Below are positions 1 to 12,722 of a stretch of DNA of 64,000 nucleotides, one piece after another. Source of the DNA: Chrysomallon squamiferum (Eukaryota; Animalia; Mollusca); the NCBI GenBank assembly GCA_012295275.1, contig CM022672.1, positions 17,174,001 to 17,238,000 of the forward strand, in the 5' to 3' direction. Position 1 is the first letter of the stretch; every line of letters starts with the position of its first letter. A program made the position numbers and the translations under genes. The notes below the pieces were generated by a model that had not been told where the DNA came from, ran no database searches, and saw nothing but the letters and a program-made list of their open reading frames with translations.

Positions 1-291
1 CTTATTTTATTATATTAAATTATATGGAGACAAATGTACTAATTTTGTTTTAATAAATACAATTATAAACAAAAAAACATATATATATAAACATAAAAAA
101 TGATGTTACTTTTTTGTGGGACAGGGTTGTTTTGTTTTGTTTTGTTTTGTTTTATTTTTGGGGAGGTTGTATTGTTTTGTTTTCTTGAGGATAATGAAAT
201 TAACAAAGGATATCAGACTGTTTACAACAGTTAATAATGAGATTTTATAACGATATATGTTACCGTCGTCAGTGAATATTTTGGTGCATCT

Positions 292-365
292 TTATAAAGG
301 CCACCTGTCCATACCGACCATCTTCTCTTGGTCTCTTGAGTGGTCGTTTATAAAAGTTCAGCTGA
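292..365 (+). mobile_element. Degenerate right half of a MITE (TATAAAGGCCACCTGTC...GAGTGGTCGTTTATA)
   Basis: Internal GACCA/TGGTC inverted motifs. Resembles, from memory, the common invertebrate CAGTCAAACCT-TIR MITE family, whose TIR is intact at 37751-37935. No left TIR is seen. Confidence 0.35.
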
Positions 366-406
366 ATTTGAAAAAGTACCACATGCGATGTACATGTTAA
401 TTTTAG

Positions 407-554
407 CAGTAGTTGCAGTAATACAAGAAACAGTCGTGTCGATGAAGAACAGGCAGCAAACTGTAAAACTTCTGATAATCTTAAACAAGTTCGCTCCTGC
501 TGGCAAACAGACTGCTTTTCAAAAAATATCTACATTTATGTTGGACTAGCGTAA
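407..554 (+). CDS. Probable terminal coding exon of an upstream gene; Cys pattern like the C-terminal half of a thrombospondin type-1 repeat
   Basis: Acceptor ttttag at 401-406. Open frame SSCSNTRNSRVDEEQAANCKTSDNLKQVRSCWQTDCFSKNIYIYVGLA* with TAA at 552-554. ATTAAA at about 572 and AATAAA at about 879. This is a different frame from the 340..549 track ORF. Confidence 0.45.
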
Positions 555-3500
555 AATGTATGCATATAAAAAATTAAAAAAAAAGTGTTCTGTTTTCTTA
601 ATATATCTCTTTTTAATAATTTTATTGTGTGTGCGTTGCAACATTTGACATGACAGATTGGTATAATATAATAAAATGTGTCTACAGTTACCATTTAACA
701 ATAGCAAGGAATATCTGACGATGTAGCTACTAAAGATACATGTGTTTTTAATCGTCAATATTAATACAAAACAAAAGAAGGACATTTATACAAGAACTAG
801 ATACAGAAGACCCGCTCGTGTTTTGAGGAATCACCCATACACATTATCTTCTCCTTTACATTCGCACGAAAGACTATGAATAAACCAACTTCATTTTGCT
901 TTGCACAACAGACGTCAAGGAATAGCTATTGACATAAAGAAGAAACCTGTTGTTTAACAAAGCACTCATCATTTTTAATTTATAGTTATGTCGTCGTGCA
1001 TATGATTAACTATCATATATATGTCAACTGAATCCCTTCACCGCCAAGTTAAAAGTTGCTCTGTTATAATTAGAAGAAGCGGATGCTTTATTTGACAGAT
1101 TTTCCTCAGCTTTGAAAGCACTCACTTCAGTCTTCGATGAATTATTCACAGGGAAGAGTCTGAAGGAACCAAATGCTTATGTGTGCTGTATTATTTATCA
1201 CTGACTACAGATTATGGGGTAAACATTAGTACACTATTCTTTGTTTTCACTAAAGCGGAACTCAGGGCCGTTCCAAAAATGTTCCCAAATTGCCCTCGCA
1301 ACTCGTAAAGCCGACCCAGTCTACAATCTGTTCTTTCGATGGATATAAGTATATTATTTCAAATTGTTAAATGACAGAAGAATATAGAAAAAAAAACATC
1401 CAAATCTGTGAGAAATTTAAACAGTAATATACCAACGATATATAGTGTGCTTCACCGTGTATTTAGTGTAAAATTTCTCTACCGCTTTGGTCAAAATTGC
1501 TGCACAAGGTAGTAACGTGATCTCTTTTTTACGCATTATTTAATCATAATAATACTTTTGAAAAAAAAAGGCCTTTGTAATGATGAAGCAGGAACATGCG
1601 CAGACCAAGCAAGGAATTCGATACCTTAATCAAACCATAGACAGCTAAAAGCAAAATAAAATTATCAGGCTAGAAAATATTACAAACATTTTAAGAAAAA
1701 AGAAAAAGGTTCACAACAGATCTGAAAAGAAACATCAAAAATGCAAAATTAAAAGCTTATCTACTTTTTAAAACATTAATACGAGTAGGAAGTGAATATT
1801 TTTGTATATGTCTTTATGAAGTCTACGATAGAATATGTTGTAGTATAATAATAATAATAATAATAATAATTTCGATATATCACTATTAACGCCAAAAACA
1901 CTACTCAAGGCCTACATGATGTTCCAAAAGTTACTGTTCATTTTAATATGACAGCGTTTTGATTTCAAATATATGTTAGTAGATATATATTAATAAAGGT
2001 AAGTATTTCTAATGCATTATGGATTTTTCTTTTTTCATTTTAGGTTATTTTCTTTTATTTTTGTTGTCATTTTTGTTGTTTTGTTGTTTTATTATTATTA
2101 TCATTTAAAGTGCAAGTAAAAGAAAGAAACTACTTTTGAAAAACTGCAAAATTTTTGTGATTTGTTTTATTTTGTTATTTATTTATTTATTTTATTTTTA
2201 TTTTATTTTTATTTTTATTTTATTTTTATTATTTTTTTTTTTTTTGTCGTACATTTTTAAAGTTTTAAACATATTGTTTTTTTGTTTGTTTGTTTTTTGT
2301 TGTATATTTTCCTACGTGACTTATAAAATACATGAAGTTTGGATCCGTAACTTACTTAGTTGGTATTTCTCAGATAAAATATAAAAAGAAGGCAGGAGAC
2401 AGAGAGATGGATGAAAGAACAGAAATCACAGATTCTCTTATGTTTGTTCTGTTTATTTGTATTGTTGTTTTAAATCAGCATCGATACCAATAAAGCATGA
2501 TACAAATAATACTATTACGTGTATGAATTATCACATCTCTCTCTCTGTCTTTCTTTCGTTACCTGTTTGTGTTTTTGTGCATAAAATTGAAATCCAGGCA
2601 CTCGTTAAACTAACGCCATTGTGTCGAAGTCACTGAATTGGTCTGTGACAACATGACAGCATATTTTACGTACAGCCCAACAAAAATAATTTAATGTCAG
2701 TTTACATGACAACTTAAAACAGTTACATTACTTACACGTAACTTTAAAACAATTACAATACTTACATGTGTAACTTCAACTTTCTTCTTTTGCAAGTGGT
2801 CTCTTGTGAAAGTAAATTCCGACCTGATTCTCTGAAAAGATGTATTCGTTCTGCTCACCAATCGTTACAAAACATTGTGTATATAAAGATATACGGTGTT
2901 CACGGTTTGATAGTTTTAAATGAAAACCCAGCGGTCAGGTTAGTCCCTTTCTTGCAAAAGCATTCATTGCAATCACCCGGGTGTGGCCCTTCATCTATTT
3001 ACAATTTTCTTTTTATTATTGTTATTATTATTTTTTTTTTTTAACCTCAGAATATGGTCACGAAATGTGTCTGACGTAAGTGACAACAATTTAAATCGTT
3101 TCAGCACAATGATGGGGTTTTAAAGTCCTCTAAATATTCAAGCTATTATTTAAAAAAAAAATAGCCAAACTGAAAGCAACACGATTTCTCTTATCTTTTT
3201 TTATTTTTTTATTTTAAAGAAACAGTGATCCTGTGTTTAACAAATGACAACAAAGAAGACAAATATTAAAATGATAACACAAATATATATATATATATAT
3301 ATATATTAAAATATTTGTTTAAACGTACTTGTTTCAAACGACCATTTATCTTTCAAGTTATATGATGATTTCCAATTACAACAAAAGCTGTGGAGCGTCT
3401 CCTTGATAAATAAATTCACCATCTACGATTAGTCCCACCACAATCTACAAATTCAATACACCTGTCAAGTGAAACAAAAGTATAAAATACCACAAACCGA

Positions 3501-6500
3501 TAATCTAGAAAACTCGAATTTTGTTCTATTCTGACGACCCTAAATGAATAAATTTTCTGTGTCTATCTCTGTTAAACATCAGCAGAGACGTTTTCCTGCA
3601 CAGAAAAAGGCAGACATATTTTATTTTATTTTATTTCCTAAGTGGATGAAAACATTAAAGGATAATAATAATAATAATTTTACTTTTACCGTGACGAGAA
3701 CAATCAAAAATATTGTAAATAAATAAATAAATAAATAATCTCTTTGTCTCCTAGGGAACAACAGGGATTTTTCAGATGAAAGCTAATAGTAGTACAAAGT
3801 GACCAACTGCGTCACGTGATCTCTGATATTTAGTGGGTAAGTATTTGAACCCTGAATGAACATTTTGCTAGACCCTAATCAAACAGAAATCATTACATTT
3901 AGAATTTAGCTTACAGTTTATTTGTAAATAAATATTTTTATTTAATATTTGTTGCCTTTATAATTTATGCGTGTAGCATCACTATTTCCTTATTCCAATA
4001 AAATATCTTTAAATAATTTAAAGAATAGTGATTGAAATACATTTCTCACTTTCATACTTGGTGGTATTATCTACAGTTAAATATATATATATATATTCAT
4101 TTTAAAACTGGTGCGATTTGTTTTTAACTATCATAAAATCATTAAAATCATCACCATCATTACCACCACCACCATCATCATCATCTCTACCAGTGTGTTC
4201 ACCATTTCGTACTTAGTTTTACTTCATTTTTAATTCAAATCCTCCTGAGTCATTGTCAGTGTTTCGTTTCCTTCATGAATATTCATAAAGGAATTTGTCT
4301 TTTTAAGAAAATAATTTTTGTAAGTGCATCTTAAATTTCTAGATTTTGAAAAGAAAATGAATCACGCGTTCTTTAAAGTTAAACAGAGCATATAAAATAA
4401 CAAGTTTAGAATGACACACCCAAACGAAATGACAGAAAAATGAACATTAAAAATGGTCTTCGGGGTTCTGTTTCTTTTTTACAAACAAGGGTGCGGTCAA
4501 AGTAAATATAAATATCTTGAATAGATAAAACGTAACTCCAGTGATGATTTTATGATTGACGGGTGTGGTTTTAATTTTCCCAAAAAGCTGGTTGTTGTTG
4601 TCTTTTATTATTTTTATTTTTTTATTTTAATGATATTTTTTGTTGGAAAGACTTGAATATTATTACGATTAATTTTTTGTTTTTTTGTTGTTGTTGTTGT
4701 TGTTTTCGTTTTTTCATCCTAAACCAGTTTTAAGCGTTGCACTGGAGAACTGATTAGGTAATAAAGAATTAAATATACAATAATAAATTCAACACAGATC
4801 GATTACAATAATTATAGTGATTATACTAGTCACTGCATAATTCAACGAAATGTTTGTTTAAAATCAGAGTAACGTATTATTAGCAAACAGACGTTTATAA
4901 CGTTTCAGAATATTGATTTCATTATAATAGAAAGCAAACCTTCGGCCGTCACAACAAGGGTTTCTCATGTCCGTTAGTTGCAAGGCGTTAGAAAAGTCAC
5001 TGTGACTTTGCCCCTATAAAACTAGTCGTGAAGCACAGACGTGAACTGCACTACGGTCGTGTCATTCGTCTTACACCAGTTCAGGATAACCGTGCTAAAC
5101 GGCAAAGACCAACGCAATACAAAATCAAATTAGTAGATCCCCTAGAAAGATTAGTTCGACATGCACAGTTAAAATACTGTAGAAGTTCAGGACAGTGTAA
5201 AACAGTATATGTAAAGTATTGAACTGGGCTGTACAAACACAATAGGTTTCGTTACAATACGGTATAGTACAATATAATAAACCAAATTTTCAGAGCGGCT
5301 AATTTGGGGTGAGGGGGTTGCGACTTACCATCAGTCGATACTCGTGGTTTGTTGTGTTGAAGAGGTTCATGTGTAAGTGTTATTTGTCAAATGTGTTCAT
5401 AAACAAAAATGTACAAAAAAATACTGCATCTAATTTTGGAAGAACGTGATAAAACAATCTGTTATATAAAGTCTGCACACATTGTCTGCTGTTATATATA
5501 TCTATTAAAGACAAGCAATAATTTGATTTAAACATAAAAATTAAAGGTTATATCGGTGTATCTGTATCTGCATATTGAAAAACTCCATAATATTATTTTT
5601 GTAAGAAAAACAAAATTATATAATAAAATAAACGAAGACTTTTTTTTTTTTTTTTTTTTTTTTTAAATACTGACGAACGAACGAGACAAATGTCTCCTGT
5701 TTTCTTTCTTCCTTTTTTTATGATTATTTGACATTACATCACTTGGTAAATATAATGTGCTTTCTACTGCGTTGTTCGATTTAAGCTATTTATTTATTTA
5801 TTAGGTTTCTGACGTGTTGAAAAATTTAAATATCCAGAAGGCAAGATACTTATTATTCCAGATTTTACCACACCCAAACAAAAACATTACAAAATACCAA
5901 CAGATTTGAACAATACTACTCTTATGACATGATCGTCATGAGAGAAATATAAAAGAAACGAAAGAAGAAAAAGTCATGTTTATTTAATAAAGAATTTAGC
6001 GCATATTAAACTTATAGTCGTATAGTTGCCACCTATATTTATGCAAGAACAATACAAAAAAATAAGATTGAAAAATAAAATTATTCTACGCACTGGGCTA
6101 ATCTTTTTTCCATTAGTAGTTGCAGTCTTTTTTTTTTTTAACTTTTTTTTATATGTGAACCTTCGCAAATAAAGAAAAAAAATACACACAGTATTTCTGG
6201 AGTGAAAAATAGCGTAAAGGACATCTTAGAAGCACTCATTTCTGTTCTCCCATGCATAACTGACTTAACAGACACTTTACAAATAATGGCTATCATACAC
6301 TGAACGATATTTTTTTTTTTTTTCTTTTTTTAAAATGTATTTATGATAGTTTGTATTGGAGGTTAGTGAAGGATACAAATTAGAAGCATAATGAATGGTT
6401 ATAATACGGATTTTAATTTGAGCGACTCAGTAAAAGCGTACTAAACTGACCTCCAAGTCATAGTGACCCGCGCACAGCCAAACGTAACGACTATTTTGTA

Positions 6501-7739
6501 TATTTATGTTTTAGAGGGAACCCTACTACTCACCAAATTTTCGAACAATCATTGATTCAGCGATGTTAGTAATATAAGGTGAATAATTTCAGAATAAAAT
6601 GAACAGCATGAACGAAATAAAAACAAGCAATCTGTGCTTCTGCTAATAATACACATTTAGCCCCAGTATCTACCCAAGAAACCTTAAATCTGCTTGATTC
6701 AGTGATGTGTGCATGACTTAATTATTTTACTGCAGGCGTTTTCGTCTATGTTCTAAATTGACAACTACGCGTGTTGTCTGCTTCTATACAGCACTGGTGC
6801 TAAATAATAACGTGTATTGTAGCGTTTAATAGGTCGTGGAATAATAATACGTTTATCCCTTGGGTGTTGAGTATTCTAAACCACGTCGGCCGGCACGTGT
6901 TCTCTACAGGCACCTTCAGCTACCCGACGATGTCCGATGCTCCAGATACACATGAATAGGCCCTGCCTCTTTTGTTGTTACACGAGTTTTGTCCTATTCA
7001 CCCGACAACTGAATCGTGACTGGAGAACAAGGATTAATCTTCTTCAGCCGTAGTTTAAAATGGATGTCTTACGATCCCATGATTTTCATTCAGCTGTTTC
7101 TTGCTCAAGAGGGGACCACAACAACAGTAGCAGTAATAATAATAATAACAAGCAGAGATTCTAAACATGCAAATACACACGTCTGTAGTAATAACAAATG
7201 GGCGTATCCTTGATAGCTGGACAATAACCGGAATTTTAAAATTAAGATTTTGACTAAAACGCAGCTTGTGGTATAAAACACTGTAAAGATTGGCTTGTAG
7301 GTTTTGTATATGCGGGTTTTTACTTGAAACGTTTCTACTTCAGTTCATTTTCTGAATGTTTTGTCTTCGTTTTTGTTATAAACGTGTCTTCCGATTATTG
7401 TTGTTGTTGTTGGGTGGACTTTTTTTTAGGGAAGGTTGTTGATGTTGTTTTTTGTTGATTTTTTGTGTCTGCATTTCTGTCTTTGTTTGCTTTCGGTGTT
7501 GTTTTGGTTTTTTTCACATTTTTTTTTCGGGGAGTGGTTTTGTTTTTTGTTATTATTTATTTATTTATTTATTTATTTATTCATTAATTCATTTATTATC
7601 TACGTGGGGTTTTGTGTGTGGGGGGTATTTTTCTCTTTTTTTTGTGTTTGTGTTTTGTCTTTATTGTCGCTGTTCTTTATACATCGGGCATATTTTTATT
7701 TGTAAAAGCAAACATTCTACTAATGTTAATTTAAATTCA

Positions 7740-7755
7740 TACACACATACATACA

Positions 7756-7787
<32 letters not shown>

Positions 7788-7860
7788 CATACATACATAC
7801 ATACACAAACATACATACATGCTTGCATGCATACATACACACCTCATATACATATACACA
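7740..7860. repeat. (TACA)n/(CA)n microsatellite
   Basis: Direct reading; it generates the spurious HTYI-repeat ORF. Confidence 0.9.
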
Positions 7861-8780
7861 AACACACAAACATTAAATTATTACCTGGAATTTCTTATTT
7901 ATTACTTTTCTGAAAGCGAAGACTTTTGACCTCTGTAAAGTTACGTCATAGTTTAGAAGCAAGGTCAAATGATATTTACCATCATATATTCCTGTCAGAC
8001 TGATAAATCTTACCTAAGGCTAATTTATCTTACATACTAATACATCAAGCCTGAAGACAACGCCAGATCTTAGCTTTTCTTTTGCTATTGTATAAGTATA
8101 GAAAGGAATATTTATTTAGATGAATGTACGGTTAGTAACACTAATGTGTACAGGTTTCAAAATATACATTAATGGTTATTATACAGAGGATCTTTTCGTT
8201 TGTTTTTAATGATGATCTGTGAGATCAAACCCATTTAGACTTCCCTGTGTGTGTATCTACGATTGTACGTATGCATGGATGTATGCAAACAGAGTCAAAA
8301 GTAGTGGCAACAGAAATAGCGTAATAATTGTTGTTGTTGTAATAGTATTCTAATAGAAGTAACACACAGAAGAAGCTGTTAAAGTAGTAATCGTAGTAGT
8401 AGTAGTAGCAGCAGTAGCACTGAAGGGCCACTGTTACTATTATTAATTTTAGTTTTATTATTATTTTATTAGATGCATGAAATTTTTGTTTTACAATTCC
8501 ATAGCAGAATGCTATTACGAAATAATCATTAGTGGTGTGTTTTCGTTTTGCTGAAGATACAGACGATACCTGTCATACATTTTCTTATTTGCTGTCTCAT
8601 GGTGTAATGGTCAGCCACGATACTTAGGTAAATGATGTAGTAGTCTGCCAGTCATTCCGCCAGTGACGTTTACTTTTTCATCTCAACAGAATTTCAGAGA
8701 CGATAAATTAGTTGACAAATGTAGTATCACTAAATTATCAAACAGTCGCTGGTGTAATTAATCTCTCAGGCTCGGCTACA

Positions 8781-8839
8781 TATAAATGAAAGAAACAATT
8801 TTCGTGTCTTCGCTTATTTAGAATCTTTGGATCTACAAG
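8781..8839 (+). promoter_or_regulatory. TATA box and short non-coding first exon of the secreted-protein gene
   Basis: TATAAAT at 8781-8787. Perfect donor AAG|GTAAGT at 8839/8840. Matching branch point CTAAT at about 9566 and acceptor ctttcag at 9592, 8 nt before the ATG. Confidence 0.65.
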
Positions 8840-8898
8840 GTAAGTTTGCTAGTAATCTGAAGAGCTGTTCATTTGCTTCAGCCTTTATATTTATATTT

Positions 8899-8901
<3 letters not shown>

Positions 8902-8985
<84 letters not shown>
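8902..8985. repeat. (CT)n microsatellite
   Basis: Direct reading. Confidence 0.95.
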
Positions 8986-9600
8986 GGACCTGTCAGTCTA
9001 TTCATTTTTTAATCATTTAGAAACCATAAAATAGTTTTTATATCAATAATTTAGCAAAAACAAAATAATTTAACAGCAACAATAAATACCCTTTTTCAGC
9101 ACTGATCAACGTCAAGATGTAAGGAACATAAGAAATACTTCTGCATTTGAGAATATCGTGTTGATAAGCAAAACTAAACAAACTAAACAAACAAACAAAT
9201 AAATAAATAAATAAATAAACTTATCATCCAAAGAAACTGTAACTCTTACATTAGCTAAGATTTTATTATTATTATTTTCTTCTTTATTTTTTTGCTGTTG
9301 TTGCTGCTGTTGCTCTTCTTCTTCTTCTTCTTCTTCCTATTATTATTATTACTATTATTATTATTATTATTATTACAGTTTCTGTTTTGTCTCCATTTTA
9401 ATTCTTACAACAAAAAAAAACAACAAAAAAACACCAAAAACAACATACATACATGTTTATTTTATTTGCTGCTCTTTTTGGGGAGGAGGGTGTATTTATT
9501 TAATTTTTGTTGTATTTGTGTTATTTAGTTCATTTCATTATTCAATATGTTGCTAATCTTTCGGTCTAATGCTTCATTTATCTCACTTTCAGAAGCAGCC

Positions 9601-10185
9601 ATGATGTTAAACCTCATAGTAACCACTGCGTTACTATTCATAGTCTTCGACGTGTCCACGTGCTGGGTCATACGTCACACGTATCAGGTAGAGAGCGTGC
9701 CGGGCGCAAATCTGCCTCCTCACAGCCCTATTCCGGGAGGGCGGAAGATAATACTTTCACCGAGGAAGTACAGAACTGCACTCGCTAAACAGACTCCATC
9801 GAACTCTCATTTCCGCTCCGTGGTCAACGCACCCAGCTCGTCACTTGGCACGATAATCGGTCGTTCTCGGCAAGCTGCTGTCAGAAGACCGGCCTTGAAC
9901 TCTATTGGCTCCAGCAGACGCCTGTCCACTGCCAGAAGTCGCAAGGTTGTTAGACAGGCAGCGCCTGCAAAAACAGCCACTGCGTCTGCCAAGGTGAAGA
10001 AAACTAGCGGTGCCATTTCTGCTGCTGCTGTTGCTGCTGCTACTAGGCGCGCACTGGCGCTGCTGAGACAAAAGCATCTAAACGCAGAGGCGATGGACTT
10101 GGATATTTACGAAAAGCCGCACACGGTGACAAGAGTTGGCAAAGCAAGGCCTACCCTCGGCAGATATCCCATATACTTTTATTAA
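9601..10185 (+). CDS. Orphan secreted basic low-complexity protein, 194 aa
   Basis: GC-rich ORF in AT-rich flanks. Kozak context gcagccATG after the acceptor at 9592. Hydrophobic signal peptide MMLNLIVTTALLFIVFDVSTC. Mature part has about 31 R+K versus 5 D+E, no Cys, an Ala-rich segment and the aromatic tail RYPIYFY. AATAAA at 10290-10295. Confidence 0.85.
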   Translation: MMLNLIVTTALLFIVFDVSTCWVIRHTYQVESVPGANLPPHSPIPGGRKIILSPRKYRTALAKQTPSNSHFRSVVNAPSSSLGTIIGRSRQAAVRRPALNSIGSSRRLSTARSRKVVRQAAPAKTATASAKVKKTSGAISAAAVAAATRRALALLRQKHLNAEAMDLDIYEKPHTVTRVGKARPTLGRYPIYFY

Positions 10186-10479
10186 AGCATGCTTTCGGGT
10201 CGCCAACCACATTCATTATTTTCTACGCATTGTTAGTAACGTTCGTTAGATGTGATGATACAAAAATTCATTATCATGCTTACCAGGCTAATAAATGTCT
10301 TTATTAATGGTCGTAAAGATTTTCATGGTTTCCTGCTTTTTCAGTTTCTTTTTCTTTTTCTTTTTTTTTTTTTTTTTCTTTTTTTATTCCCTAAAGAATG
10401 TAGTTTGTGAAAGAATGAGGAGCATTCTGAAATAAACTCTGGTGATATATTTGGTTTTATTATGTTCTTTGTGTGGACA

Positions 10480-10710
10480 TTTCTGATGTATATATGCATT
10501 TTTGTAAACTATATACATATACATACATACATATGTGTTTGTGTGTGTGTATATATATATATATAGATGTAGTATGTGTATGTATGTATGACTATGTATG
10601 TATGAAAAAGCGTATTTGTGTACATTTGTATGTATGTATATGTACATTTTGTGTGTACGTATATATATACTTGTACGTACTTATATATATATACATACAT
10701 ATACACACAA
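10480..10710. repeat. Compound (TA)/(TG)/(TATG) microsatellite
   Basis: Direct reading. Confidence 0.85.
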
Positions 10711-11074
10711 ATTCATCTATGCAATCAAAGTAAGAGTCTAATCTGAGTTAACATCTGTACTGATTTTAAAACATTTGCATTTAACAATTTCCATAAAACC
10801 CAGACAAACTGCAATATATCACTTAAAGCACTCAGACGAACGAATATTTAACCACTCACATCGTAGGTCCATTATTTCAGAATATTTACAAATGGCTGTA
10901 TATAATATGTTTTAAAATTGCTCTGACATGGCATTTAACTCATCGTGTTAAAATGATCAAAGTCACTATTTTTTTAAACCTCTTCCAGTGATTTCTTTAA
11001 CTTTTGACCCATTATTTCACTGTTGTAATCGAAGGACTCAATTGTGTGTAACTTCCTGGTTAAAATGATGACTT

Positions 11075-11260
11075 GAGGCTTGGTCTGTAGCTGCATCAGT
11101 ATTGGGTTATTTTACTGTCGTAACCACTGCCAAAACCGACTGATTTATCAACAGTGCTGGCGTATTCTTTCCTTTTACATAAATGCTTTATTTAACGACT
11201 TTGCACAGTTTTAATTCTCGGTTTTATGACCTTGGTGCGTATTTAAAAATACACTGATTA
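11075..11260. mobile_element. Highly degenerate SINE-like repeat fragment; related pieces near 700, 950-1100, 19945, 27267, 39475-39560 and 49870-50010
   Basis: Shared motifs TTTATTTAA(C/T)GAC (11187, 19945) and AGCAA(G/A)GAAT (about 703, 27271, 49903). The resemblance to an abundant gastropod interspersed repeat is from memory and is unverified. Confidence 0.4.
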
Positions 11261-12681
11261 CCACATATATATATAAAAAAATACAAAAACAAAACATTAT
11301 TTTAAAATTTAGAAAACTTATGATAGATACCTAATAACATTAAACATAAAAACTTGTACAGATTATTAAACATTCACACATCCATTTACACATTCTCTAT
11401 CCATCTTTCTGGGTTTTTTTTATTCGTGCTCTCGTAAACACTTGAATCATGAACTTATTGTTACTATAGGCGTATCGGTCAGGTGCGACAAGACGTCTTC
11501 AACTAAAGACATTTTCTTTGCTGGCAGGTTTTATTTATTTATTTATTGTATGAAGAACAAGAGATTCGAAGTAACAGGTGACTGGTTAGAGATAAAAAAA
11601 ATATACGCAAAAAAAGCCACATTTGACTGAACTCGTAAGTTTTATTGTTAATGCAGTGTTCAAAGGCCGATGAAGTCTGAAATACATGTTTTCGGACAGT
11701 TCGAAGGGTTGCAGGTACATATACATATATGTTTGTGTGTTAATGTAAACGAAAGCAAAACAAATTTAAACACTTTATAATCAGGACTTTTTAATTAAAA
11801 GGTAAGAAATAAAACCTTAGAAATATGCATCCTATTTACAGATACCTATTGTTTTAACGGTATTATCTGAGAAAATATATATATATATATATATATTCAG
11901 TAATATTAACTAAACGAAATTTACAAGTATTACAAACATTTAAGAAAACACCTATGTATAATAATTAACTAGTAATACACTTGTAAATATATTTTAATGA
12001 AATCCATCCCTGTAATTTCTGTAATTTCAAAGCATTGTCATATATATATATTATTCAAAAATAGACAAATTGGGAAATGTTATGTCCTTTCATTATAAAC
12101 ATAAATGTTTATTAAATGCTGATGCCTCCAGAGAACTAAAACTATGCGATGTAACAACAAAATTTCATCAAGACCATCATGAAACATATTATTTGTTCAC
12201 ATAGTTGTGTTATTTTTTCAAAAATAACATGACAGTTTGTTTTGTATTATACATATTAAAACGTTCCATTTCTAATAGGCATTTCTGTACTGATCATTAA
12301 ACCTTAAATAACTAAATTATATTTAGTTTGTGGTAGGACAAGATATTGTACAGATTAAAGCGTTAAGAATAAAAACATCATATATTAAAATAATTTGAGA
12401 TTAAACGTCCTCACCAAATATGTCCTTTATTTTTATTTATATATATATATATATTTTTTTTTATCTTATTGGACACGTCATCTACTAAGGTATTTGGTTG
12501 AATTTACAAACAATGATCAAGAAAACGCATAATGTAATCAAAAGAACATGCTGTCACCTTTTGACGTGGAAAAATAATTATGTGTAATTACTTATTTAAT
12601 AAATAAATCTTGTTAAATCACGTGATACGGCCTGAGTAAATTTACTATGCATCATTACCAAACACCATGGAAAACCCGTAA

Positions 12682-12722
<41 letters not shown>

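Noticed and set aside
1074-1204. Protein-like frame EEADALFDRFSSALKALTSVFDELFTGKSLKEP
   Set aside because: It overlaps a degenerate SINE-like fragment, has a weak acceptor, and has no partner exons.
2766-5370. Possible minus-strand mini-gene (exons near 5370-5329 and 2831-2766, both with GTAAGT)
   Set aside because: The 2765 donor lies in an approximately 30-bp tandem repeat, there is no convincing terminal exon, and the peptide is unrecognisable.
9547-9600. N-terminal 18 aa of the track ORF 9547..10185
   Set aside because: It lies in the branch point and polypyrimidine tract of the intron; ATG 9601 has the Kozak context and begins the signal peptide.
9807-10077. Minus-strand ORFs inside the secreted-protein gene (and similar ones inside the receptor, GPAT and Tret1 exons)
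   Set aside because: Antisense shadows of real coding sequence.
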